Source: a virus
Reading direction: 5' to 3' (one strand)
DNA length: 64,000 bases
Virus record (IMG/VR): IMGVR_UViG_3300021138_002231
Location: 1 to 64,000 of that record
Made by a program: the position numbers and the translations under genes. This document shows positions 18,672 through 27,387 of this stretch, one piece after another. Every line of letters starts with the position of its first letter. Positions within the stretch are counted from its first letter, which is position 1. The notes under the pieces are model-generated. The model searched no databases and had not been told where the DNA came from. It was given only the letters and a program-made list of their open reading frames with translations.

Positions 18672-20888
18672 ATGACACATAACAATAAATCAAATTACGA
18701 TAGCAAATCTATTACCATATTAAATGGTCAACAAGCAGTTCGTACACGCCCCGCAATGTATATCGGTGACACAGGCAAGCGTGGACTACATCATCTAGTT
18801 TGGGAGATTTTAGATAACTCTGTAGATGAAGCAATGGCTGGTTACTGTAACCAGATTAAAATCACCGTAGATTCAGATGGACGAACCATTACGGTTGAAG
18901 ATAATGGTCGAGGTATTCCTACTGAAGTCAAAGAGGAAGATGAACATAAACGTTCCACTCTTGAAATTGTATTAACTGAACTACATGCTGGAGGAAAATT
19001 CGGCGGTTCAGGTTATGAAGCCGCAGGCGGACTTCATGGTGTTGGTGCAAGTTGTGTCAACTTTTTATCCTACAATCTTATTGCTAGAGTTTGGCGAGAT
19101 GATATTAAAGAAGATGGTAAAGTTACAACTCCTGGCGGAGCTTTTGAACTTTCGTTTAAAAGAGGCGTTGCAGAATCTCCTTGCAATCGTGTAGGCAATA
19201 CAAATAAGCACGGAACAGCAATTACATTTGTGGCAGACCATAATATGTTTGGTCAAGTTAATGTCGATGATATTATCTCAAATATTGCAGAAAATGAGTT
19301 TGTTGTAGATGAAGACTTTTCTGATGCAAATAAAGCATGGAAACAATTATTGATTGATGGTGAAGTAACATTTAATCATTTTAAGAAAGTTTTTGGATAT
19401 TTAGTTCAAAATAAAGTTTTGACTGAAGAACAATTACAAAATGCCTATGATAAATGGGAAAGACAATCAATTAGAAATACACAATTCGATGATGAAATTC
19501 TAGTTCGAAGATTTCGTGAAACTGCTTTTCTTAATGGCGGATTGAGAATCTTGTTTGAAAATAAGAAAACTGGTAGAAAAGAAGAGTTTCAATATAATGG
19601 CGGTATTTCAGATTATGTAAAATATCTTTCAAAAACAAGAACTAATCCATATCCAGAACCACCATTTTTCTTCTCTAATAAACTTGGTAAAGTGCAAGTT
19701 CAAGTCGCATTTCAATATTCCGAAGATGACGAAGAAACTATTTTAACATTTGCCAACAACATCTATACAACAGATGGAGGAACTCATTTATCTGGATTTA
19801 AGACATCATTAACTCGGGTTGTTAATCAATTTGCGCGATCTAGCGGTTTACTTAAAGATAAAGAACCTAATCTTTCTGGAGATGATATTCGAGAGGGTAT
19901 TATATCAATCATCAGTATTCGATTGCCTCAGCCTCAGTTTGAAGGACAAACTAAAAGTAAATTAGGTTCTCCAGAAGGTGAAAGCGTAGTAAATAAACTT
20001 TTTGGTGAAGCTTTAACTGAATACTTTGAAAAGAATCCTTCTATCGTTAAAACTATAGTTGAGAGAGCTTTAATTGCGCAAAAGGCTAGAGAAGCGGCTA
20101 AAAAACAATCAGAACTTATTAAACGAAAGAGTTTCTTAGGAAAATCCAATCGCTTGCCTGGTAAATTAAAAGATTGTAATATGGAAGATCGTGATTCTAC
20201 AGAAATATTCATCGTAGAAGGCGATTCGGCGGCTGGTAGTGCAAAAGATGGACGCGATCCTCAAACACAAGCTATTTTGCCAATTAGAGGTAAAATTATC
20301 AATGCTGAAAAGAATGACTTAACTTCTCTTTTAAAGAATCAGGAAGTTCAATCATTAATTTCTGCTATCGGTGTTGGAGTATTAATTAATGAAGATGAGT
20401 CAGAAGAAAATACTGATTTTAATCTTGATAATAGACGTTATAGTAAAATCATCCTAATGACCGACGCTGACGTTGATGGAAGTCATATTGCAACTCTGCT
20501 GTTAACATTTTTGTATCGATTTATGCGGCCTCTTGTTGCAAATGGATATGTGTACCTAGCTCAGCCTCCTTTATATCGCGTTGATATTGGTAAAAAATCA
20601 ACATATTGCTGGACTGAAGAAGAAATGACAGAATTAGTCAGTTCTGCAAATGGCAAGGCAAAAACTGTTCGATTTAAAGGACTTGGAGAAATGAATCCTG
20701 AAGAACTTGCTGTTACAACAATGCATAGAGAAACACGTCGATTGCTTAGAGTTAATGTTTCAAATGCAGGAGATGCAGATCAGATGCTTTCAATCCTAAT
20801 GGGTAGAAATGTTGCCGCACGTAAAGAACATATTATCAAACGATCAGAAGAAAGAACTTCTAACGACCTTGCGACAATTGTCGCCTAA
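18672..20888 (+). CDS. gyrB: DNA gyrase subunit B with a 75-aa insertion
   Basis: RPAMYIG, EILDNSVDE, DNGRGIP, LHAGGKF, GGLHGVG, FEGQTK, VEGDSA, PIRGK, MTDADVDG.HI, RFKGLGEMN. Confidence 0.96.
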   Translation: MTHNNKSNYDSKSITILNGQQAVRTRPAMYIGDTGKRGLHHLVWEILDNSVDEAMAGYCNQIKITVDSDGRTITVEDNGRGIPTEVKEEDEHKRSTLEIVLTELHAGGKFGGSGYEAAGGLHGVGASCVNFLSYNLIARVWRDDIKEDGKVTTPGGAFELSFKRGVAESPCNRVGNTNKHGTAITFVADHNMFGQVNVDDIISNIAENEFVVDEDFSDANKAWKQLLIDGEVTFNHFKKVFGYLVQNKVLTEEQLQNAYDKWERQSIRNTQFDDEILVRRFRETAFLNGGLRILFENKKTGRKEEFQYNGGISDYVKYLSKTRTNPYPEPPFFFSNKLGKVQVQVAFQYSEDDEETILTFANNIYTTDGGTHLSGFKTSLTRVVNQFARSSGLLKDKEPNLSGDDIREGIISIISIRLPQPQFEGQTKSKLGSPEGESVVNKLFGEALTEYFEKNPSIVKTIVERALIAQKAREAAKKQSELIKRKSFLGKSNRLPGKLKDCNMEDRDSTEIFIVEGDSAAGSAKDGRDPQTQAILPIRGKIINAEKNDLTSLLKNQEVQSLISAIGVGVLINEDESEENTDFNLDNRRYSKIILMTDADVDGSHIATLLLTFLYRFMRPLVANGYVYLAQPPLYRVDIGKKSTYCWTEEEMTELVSSANGKAKTVRFKGLGEMNPEELAVTTMHRETRRLLRVNVSNAGDADQMLSILMGRNVAARKEHIIKRSEERTSNDLATIVA

Positions 20889-20894
20889 AATACC

Positions 20895-23417
20895 ATGAGA
20901 AAAAAGAACAACAAACTAAATCAAGACGATAATTTGACATCTATTACAGAACATATTTCTGATGAAGAAATTACTGAATTATTAGATGAAAATTATATGC
21001 GTTATACATTCGCCGTCATGGAAGATCGCGCTCTTCCAGAAGCTAAAGATGGCTTAAAACCATCGCAAAGACGTATTTTAGTCGCAATGAATGATTTGAG
21101 ACTAAATTATTCGAGTTCAACTGAAAAATGTGCTAAAATCTGTGGTGAAACATCTGGTAACTATCATCCACATGGTGAAGCTATTGTTTACCCAACATTG
21201 ATTCGCATGGCACAAGATTGGGTCTTGAGATATCCTTTAATTAAAGGTCAGGGTAATCTTGGTAATGTTGGAGGCGATCCTCCAGCGGCTATGCGATACA
21301 CCGAAGCAAAGCTTTCTCGGGCTGGTGAAGCAATGTTGTCTGATCTTTCTGAAGATGTTGTGCCATATGTTGCTAACTATAATGAAAAGTTAAGAGAACC
21401 AACTATTTTACCTTCTATTCTACCAAATCTTATTGTGAATGGTGGTAGCGGAATTGCAGTTGGTGTAGCTTGTAAACTTGCTCCTCATAATTTAAGAGAA
21501 GTTACAGAAGTTATCAAGGCTTATATTGCTAATCCAAATTTAACAGTTGATGAAATTATATCATTAATGCCTGGTCCTGATTTTCCCACTGGCGGAATCT
21601 TACGTGGGCAAAAAGGTGTTAGAGATTATTATGAAGCTGGTAGAGGATCGCTCACTATCGATGGCATTTATGAAATAACTGAGGGCCATAAAGGAGCACA
21701 AAATATTGTAATCACTGGATTACCATATGGATCAAGTCCTGAAAAACTAGCCGAACAAATCGAAGAACTTGTTAAAGAGAAAAAGATTGATGGCATCACT
21801 GACCTTAAAGATTTATCACATCGTAAAAATGGACAAACAGTTATTCAATTGATTGTTGAAGTAGGTAAAGGCGGGAATGCGAATCTTGTATTAAATCAAT
21901 TACTTAAATCAACAAGTCTGCGAGTTTCTTTTGATGTTAATCAAACTATTCTCATTGATGGTAAAGTCGTTGAAAATGCCCCCTTAAAGAGCCTTATTAA
22001 GGCTTTTGTGGATCATAGGCAAAATATATTGACAAACAAGTTTAATGCTGAATTAAAGAAGAATCAAGCAAGAGTTCATATTCTTGATGGTTTGTTAAAA
22101 GTATCTTTGAACATTGATAAAGCTATTAAGCTTATTCGGGCAAGCGATAATGCTGATAGTGCTATCCAAGCTTTATTAGACAATGATCTTGTTGATACAG
22201 AAATTCAAGCAAAAGCTGTTTTGGCGATTACATTGCGTCAACTTACTAAATTAGAGGCTAATTCTTTGGAAACTGAGAGAAAGAATCTATTAGAACGCAA
22301 TGAATGGCTTACTGACATTCTTGGTAATAATAAAAAGCTTTTGAAATATATTGCAAAAGAACAAGAAGATTTTGCAAAATTATATGGAGATGATCGCAGA
22401 ACAATTATTGGAGATGATACATCTGGTATTACTGCTGAAGATTTGATTCCTGAAGAACAAATTATCATCAGTTTAACAAAGGATGGATATATCAAGCGCG
22501 TACCTGTAAATACTTATAGGGTTCAAAAGCGTGGTGGAAAAGGCATGATTGGCGTAGGCAAAAGAGAAGCAGATGAAGCATCTGATATTTTCACTGGAAG
22601 TACACATGAATTGTTCTTATTCTTCTCAAATAAAGGAATTATGTATCGAAAGAAAGGTTATCAAATTCCTGAAGCTTCAAGAACTGGGAAAGGTATTCAC
22701 TTAGCCAATCTTCTTTCTTTGTCTGCTGGTGAAGTTATTACTAACACTATTACAGTTAAAACATTAGATCAAGACGGAACATTAGTTATTGTTACTAAAA
22801 ATGGTTTAATTAAGCGTACTGATATTAGAGAATATGATTCACAACGCATTTCTAAGAAATTTGGGGCAATTAAACTTGAAGACAATGATGAAGTACAGTG
22901 TGTTACAATCACAGATGGCAAACAAGATATTGTCCTAATTACACAGAATGGTATGGCTGTAAGATATTCAGAGAATATTGTTCGGAAAACTGCTCGTATG
23001 ACTAAGGGTTGTCAAGCTATGAATCTTGCTAAAACAGATTGTATTGTGTCTATGTTAACGCTTGATAAGAATGAAAATCCCGATGTATTAGTAGTCACCA
23101 CAAAGGGATATGCTAAGAAAACATTAGCTTCGGAATATCGATGTTTGCAAGGAAGATACGCTAAAGGTGTGCGAACTATCGACATTGATAAATCTGATCG
23201 CAATGGTGCCATTGTAAGTGCATTAATTGTTACAGATGAAGATACACTTTTATTCCTTACGAATAAAGGAACTATCATGAGAATGGCTGTTGCTGAAATT
23301 AAAGCTAAAGGAAGAAGTACTATGGGATCAAGGGCTATCAAAATAGAAGATGATACAACTCAAGTCGTTTCTGTAATTACAGCAAGTTGTGAAGAAGATG
23401 AAGAAGAAATAGAATAA
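20895..23417 (+). CDS. gyrA: DNA gyrase subunit A
   Basis: DGLKPSQRR, YHPHG, catalytic AAMRYTE, GPDFPTG, GyrA-box QKRGGKG and C-terminal pinwheel repeats. Confidence 0.96.
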   Translation: MRKKNNKLNQDDNLTSITEHISDEEITELLDENYMRYTFAVMEDRALPEAKDGLKPSQRRILVAMNDLRLNYSSSTEKCAKICGETSGNYHPHGEAIVYPTLIRMAQDWVLRYPLIKGQGNLGNVGGDPPAAMRYTEAKLSRAGEAMLSDLSEDVVPYVANYNEKLREPTILPSILPNLIVNGGSGIAVGVACKLAPHNLREVTEVIKAYIANPNLTVDEIISLMPGPDFPTGGILRGQKGVRDYYEAGRGSLTIDGIYEITEGHKGAQNIVITGLPYGSSPEKLAEQIEELVKEKKIDGITDLKDLSHRKNGQTVIQLIVEVGKGGNANLVLNQLLKSTSLRVSFDVNQTILIDGKVVENAPLKSLIKAFVDHRQNILTNKFNAELKKNQARVHILDGLLKVSLNIDKAIKLIRASDNADSAIQALLDNDLVDTEIQAKAVLAITLRQLTKLEANSLETERKNLLERNEWLTDILGNNKKLLKYIAKEQEDFAKLYGDDRRTIIGDDTSGITAEDLIPEEQIIISLTKDGYIKRVPVNTYRVQKRGGKGMIGVGKREADEASDIFTGSTHELFLFFSNKGIMYRKKGYQIPEASRTGKGIHLANLLSLSAGEVITNTITVKTLDQDGTLVIVTKNGLIKRTDIREYDSQRISKKFGAIKLEDNDEVQCVTITDGKQDIVLITQNGMAVRYSENIVRKTARMTKGCQAMNLAKTDCIVSMLTLDKNENPDVLVVTTKGYAKKTLASEYRCLQGRYAKGVRTIDIDKSDRNGAIVSALIVTDEDTLLFLTNKGTIMRMAVAEIKAKGRSTMGSRAIKIEDDTTQVVSVITASCEEDEEEIE

Positions 23418-23432
23418 CATTCTATTTACATT

Positions 23433-23474
23433 ATAAAAAACACTTGGAAAGATATCTTTCCAAGTGTTTTTTAT
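23433..23474 (+). terminator. Perfect 42-bp palindrome, likely terminator after gyrA
   Basis: ATAAAAAACACTTGGAAAGAT/ATCTTTCCAAGTGTTTTTTAT. Confidence 0.75.
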
Positions 23475-23477
23475 TTA

Positions 23478-23504
23478 AAGGGATGTCATATAAATGTTTT
23501 GAAT
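23478..23504 (+). promoter_or_regulatory. Sigma-H-like promoter AAGG-N19-GAAT
   Basis: Same layout as the copy at 38818-38844 (AAGGGA-N13-TTTTGAATAT). Confidence 0.65.
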
Positions 23505-23514
23505 ATTACATTAT

Positions 23515-24453
23515 ATGGCATTTCCAGGATTTTTATCAAGATTTGAACCCGCAACAGGATTATTGGTGCGGGGCATTTTAGTTAATGGTCATTATCTCTT
23601 AACAGATACTTGTCAAGTATTCCCACAACAAGAAATTGATTTAAATTGGCTCATACAAGGCGGTTCTGGTGGTAGTATCGCTAATCTAGGAAGAAAACAT
23701 ATTGAGGGACAAATATCTTGCCCTATTAGAGTAGATCAAAATGGAAATTTAGAACAGGCTGTACAGGAAATTTTAAATAATGCTCAATTTCCAAATACAC
23801 CTTTAAGGATAGATACAAATCATGTTCTTTCAGATTTAAGAACAACAGCAGACAATGGAGGCACAGATAATAATTTACTTTTATCTATGGATTGTTTAGT
23901 TGTCAAAGATTTAACTGTCACAGCTACTCCGAATGAAGGTGTCAAACTCACAGCAACTGTAATTGGCATGATTGATAGTAGAACTTCCACTGATCTTATT
24001 ACATCTCCTGATGGACATTATTTAGGGAGAACGATATCTTGGGCTGAATGCGATGCTGAAAGATTTCAATCTTCAATGCGAAGTGTCGTTAAAATAGTTG
24101 CAAGCATAAATAATCAAGTAGAAATTCCCACATTTTTACTTCCATATACAGCCTCTATTAATAGCAGATCAGATCAACCTACATTTGTAGGTGTTAAACA
24201 ATGCAAATGGGGTGGAAATTTTGAAGAATTTCTCAGATTAGGTAATGATAAAGAAACATACATACATGGAGGTTGGATGGTAGGTGAAAATTTAGTATTT
24301 ACTTTCGGTCCAATTAAAGCAATTTATCCAGTTCCATTGTTTAAAATAAGCCAACAACCTTTAACATATAACATTTTAAAAAGAAATACTGAATTCTTTT
24401 TTCAAAATTCACCCAACTATGCTTATCAACAAGGTGGACTTTTTACATTTTGA
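23515..24453 (+). CDS. Putative virion structural protein (tail-tube-like), paralogue 1
   Basis: Beta-rich 312 aa; shares LIQG....I.(N/D)(L/I)G.....I..PI with the next ORF. Confidence 0.5.
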   Translation: MAFPGFLSRFEPATGLLVRGILVNGHYLLTDTCQVFPQQEIDLNWLIQGGSGGSIANLGRKHIEGQISCPIRVDQNGNLEQAVQEILNNAQFPNTPLRIDTNHVLSDLRTTADNGGTDNNLLLSMDCLVVKDLTVTATPNEGVKLTATVIGMIDSRTSTDLITSPDGHYLGRTISWAECDAERFQSSMRSVVKIVASINNQVEIPTFLLPYTASINSRSDQPTFVGVKQCKWGGNFEEFLRLGNDKETYIHGGWMVGENLVFTFGPIKAIYPVPLFKISQQPLTYNILKRNTEFFFQNSPNYAYQQGGLFTF

Positions 24454-24553
24454 GAATAATAAAAATACACGATTGAAAAATAGAAGGTATTTTATACGTT
24501 TTAGAGAATCAAATTGACAAAGAAGGAATAGAAACTTAGGAGAATGCAACAGT

Positions 24554-25492
24554 ATGCCAGTCAATAACAATATATTTGGCGTTAATAAAACGCTTCAAAT
24601 AGCAGGAAGTCTAATTTTGGCAGCATCCGCGAACCGCAGATTAACTATGCAGGTTCAAAATAAGCCATTAATTCAAGGCACTCCCAAAACAAGAATTTTA
24701 GATATTGGTGGCGTGACTGAAGAAATTACTATTGACTCACCTATCTTAATTGGCGGGGCTGCTGCTTATGACGGAAGAACATTATTAAATAATCGATTAA
24801 ATGATTATTTAGGTAATCCAGCGAATGCAACTTTGCCTTTGCTTAAAAGTGCAAATATTTCTATTAATCAACAACAGGCTAATGTTGATTTGAATTTAAT
24901 TTCTGATGGTGACCCAGCTAATGCGAATGTATTTTTAGTTACTGATCTTCAAATACCTGAACTTGATCCAAGTTCTTCTGGAGGGCCAACACGTTTGGCT
25001 AGATTCTACGATTTCAGAGTATATTTAGCTGGATATTATTATTTTGTAACTGATGCAAGAATATCTGTTGAAGTTGATTCTCAAAATCTATATTTCCTTA
25101 CACCATACAATGAAACTGTTGGAAATCAATTTCCTACAGTAGGTATTTCGGCTATCAAGATTTCTGGTTCTGGTAAAGCGGCGGCTTTGTTGCAAGACCC
25201 TAATTCTTCAGACCCATATTTCCAAAATCCAGGAGATGATTACAATGCTGAAGCATATTTAACTACTAATAATTATCCTCTAACATTACAACATTCAGGA
25301 TTAGTTGATTATGTCAATACTGGGCCTAATGATGGCAGTTTTGCGATACAAATCTATAATGGCAGTGCATGGGTGGATTTATTTAGCGGAACTTCTATTG
25401 ATTTGTCATATTCTGTTTTAAGTAAAAGCGAATTTAGAGTTGAACCAGGTTTGATGACTGTTGATTTTGCGTTTAACTGCTGGGTGAAATAA
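24554..25492 (+). CDS. Putative virion structural protein (tail-tube-like), paralogue 2
   Basis: Beta-rich 312 aa; SD AGGAG; AAGG-N18-GAAT at 24484-24509. Confidence 0.5.
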   Translation: MPVNNNIFGVNKTLQIAGSLILAASANRRLTMQVQNKPLIQGTPKTRILDIGGVTEEITIDSPILIGGAAAYDGRTLLNNRLNDYLGNPANATLPLLKSANISINQQQANVDLNLISDGDPANANVFLVTDLQIPELDPSSSGGPTRLARFYDFRVYLAGYYYFVTDARISVEVDSQNLYFLTPYNETVGNQFPTVGISAIKISGSGKAAALLQDPNSSDPYFQNPGDDYNAEAYLTTNNYPLTLQHSGLVDYVNTGPNDGSFAIQIYNGSAWVDLFSGTSIDLSYSVLSKSEFRVEPGLMTVDFAFNCWVK

Positions 25493-26843
25493 CAATTCCT
25501 TAAAATCTGAACAAATCTGAACATTTGTGAACAAAACACAATTTTTAACAATTAAATTTACACAATTCCTTCTAAATGAAGGTTTTACAAACAAAATTTA
25601 GAAGGAATTATAGATTCCAATGAAATCTTTCAAAACTGAATTAATTCTCAATAATAAAGAAATTACAAAATGTAAAAAACATGCTGGCGTAGCCAGACAT
25701 GCTTGGAATTGGGCATTGGAACAAACACAAAAAGCATTAGATGACAAAGAATTATTGCCTTCAGCAATCATTTTACACAAACGTCTTGTGGCAGAAGTAA
25801 AGAAAAATAATCCTTGGTATTATGAAGTGAGTAAATACACTCCTCAACAAGCATTAAGAAATCTTGAAGTATCTTGGAAAAGATGTTTTAAAAAATTATC
25901 TAAAAAACCAAAATTTAAAAAGAAAGAACAAAATGATTCTTTTTATCTTGAAGGTAAAATTCAGATAAAAGGAAATAAAATTAAACTACCAAATCTTGGA
26001 TGGATAAAAACACATGAAGTTCTACCTGAGATTCTTAAAGGAGAATCTGGTACAGCAAATGTTACAATATCTGAAAGAGCAGGCAGATGGTTTATTAGTT
26101 ATAAAGTAAATCATAAACCTGAAATAACAGATAAAACACTAGATTGTGCAGGTATGGATTTAGGAATTAAAACATTAGCAACACTATCTGATGGAACGAC
26201 TTTTGAAAATCCTAAAGCATATAGAAAGAATAAAGCAAAGTTATCTAGAACACAGAGAAGTTTTTCAAGAAAGAAAAAAGGTTCTGCGAATGGAACTAAA
26301 CAAAAACAAAAACTACGAAAGATACATTATAGAATTGCGAACATTCGCAAAAACGCAATTCATAAGATAACATCTTATCTCACTAAGAATCACAGTGAGA
26401 TTGTGTTGGAAGACTTAAATGTATCTGGTATGATGAAAAACCATAAGTTGGCATCCGCAATCGCAGATTGCGGATTTCATGAATTTAGAAGACAATTAGA
26501 ATATAAATCTGAATGGCATGGATGTACATTAACATTTGTTGACAGATTCTTTCCAAGTAGTAAAATTTTCTCTAATTGTGGATGTAAAAAGGAACAACTA
26601 TCGCTTTCCGAGCGTATGTTTAATTGTTCAGATTGTGGTTTTCAGATTGATAGAGATTTAAATGCTGCTATTAATTTGAAAAAACAAATAAAATCCATAC
26701 CCGAAGCTCTCGGGGAATTAACGCCTGTGGAGATGAAAGCTCTGGTTGCTGGCAAAGCCAGCAACGAAACTATCGTCACAGAAGCAGGAATAAAATATCA
26801 GTTAAGAACAAATGTTCAGAATTGTGTAAGTTTTTAAGAGCGG
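25485..26843 (+). mobile_element. Non-autonomous IS607-family element (tnpB only)
   Basis: Inserted after TGGG and ends ...TAAGAGCGG. Phased TGAACA repeats at the left end are mirrored by TGTTCAGA at the right end. No tnpA present. Confidence 0.8.
25620..26837 (+). CDS. tnpB: TnpB RNA-guided endonuclease
   Basis: N-terminal HTH (HAGVARHAWN), RuvC GMDLGIK, VLEDLNV, DRDLNAA; zinc finger with first Cys replaced (FSNC..CSDC). Confidence 0.95.
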   Translation: MKSFKTELILNNKEITKCKKHAGVARHAWNWALEQTQKALDDKELLPSAIILHKRLVAEVKKNNPWYYEVSKYTPQQALRNLEVSWKRCFKKLSKKPKFKKKEQNDSFYLEGKIQIKGNKIKLPNLGWIKTHEVLPEILKGESGTANVTISERAGRWFISYKVNHKPEITDKTLDCAGMDLGIKTLATLSDGTTFENPKAYRKNKAKLSRTQRSFSRKKKGSANGTKQKQKLRKIHYRIANIRKNAIHKITSYLTKNHSEIVLEDLNVSGMMKNHKLASAIADCGFHEFRRQLEYKSEWHGCTLTFVDRFFPSSKIFSNCGCKKEQLSLSERMFNCSDCGFQIDRDLNAAINLKKQIKSIPEALGELTPVEMKALVAGKASNETIVTEAGIKYQLRTNVQNCVSF

Positions 26844-26863
26844 TGAAATAATTGTATAATTCA
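26690..26863 (+). ncRNA. Putative TnpB omega/reRNA overlapping the tnpB 3' end; guide would be the flank 26844-26863
   Basis: ACGCCTGTGGAGA...GAAGCAGGAA segments and hairpin GTTGCTGGC-AAA-GCCAGCAAC at the element right end; boundaries approximate. Confidence 0.65.
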
Positions 26864-26868
26864 AAACC

Positions 26869-27387
26869 ATGAACATTCCTAAATCTAAAATAACTCAGAA
26901 AGATATTTCTAAAATAAAAGAAACTGATGAATTAGAATTAGTTCCTATGGTTTTAAGCAAATTGCTTTTAAGTAATCAAGACGGAAGTGTGGCTGTATTA
27001 GAAGCCGACGATAAAGCATTTACTTATGCATTAGATTCTTACGAAGGAACACAACTTAGCTTTGCTAATGCTGGACTTTCAGATCATAGTCATATTAAAA
27101 CAATCTACCAATTGTTTTTAGGATGGCTAAGAGATCAAGAAGTTAAATTGACTAATATTATGCTTGAAGCGAAAGTTGGTGATGTACACTATGTAAGACT
27201 AGAGTGGACAGATAAACAAAATAAAAAGATTTACAGTATGGTGTCGTTGGGAGACGCTTTAATTCTATCACTTTTAACCAAAACAAAAATGTCTATTATT
27301 AAAAATGTCATACCATTAATGAATGAATATGATGAGAATTGGCCTTACGAAGTTGAAATTATCGATTTTGAAAGCAATGATGATTAG
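26869..27387 (+). CDS. Bifunctional nuclease (DUF151)-like protein, divergent
   Basis: E...L..A..G......TIYQL...V.L..I.......HY.RL...SLGDALILSL pattern. Confidence 0.65.
   Translation: MNIPKSKITQKDISKIKETDELELVPMVLSKLLLSNQDGSVAVLEADDKAFTYALDSYEGTQLSFANAGLSDHSHIKTIYQLFLGWLRDQEVKLTNIMLEAKVGDVHYVRLEWTDKQNKKIYSMVSLGDALILSLLTKTKMSIIKNVIPLMNEYDENWPYEVEIIDFESNDD

Noticed and set aside
19251-19475. Mini-intein in GyrB
   Set aside because: No N-terminal Cys/Ser block or terminal His-Asn, and too short.
18672-23417. Topoisomerase IV (parE/parC)
   Set aside because: The GyrA-box QKRGGKG and a full C-terminal pinwheel indicate gyrase.
25503-25535. AAATCTGAAC repeats as a mini-CRISPR array
   Set aside because: 10-bp phased repeats without spacers, mirrored at the right end; better explained as IS607 transposase-binding sites.
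25485-25620. Group I intron (IStron) in the tnpB element
   Set aside because: Only 135 nt separate the left end and tnpB, too short for a group I core.
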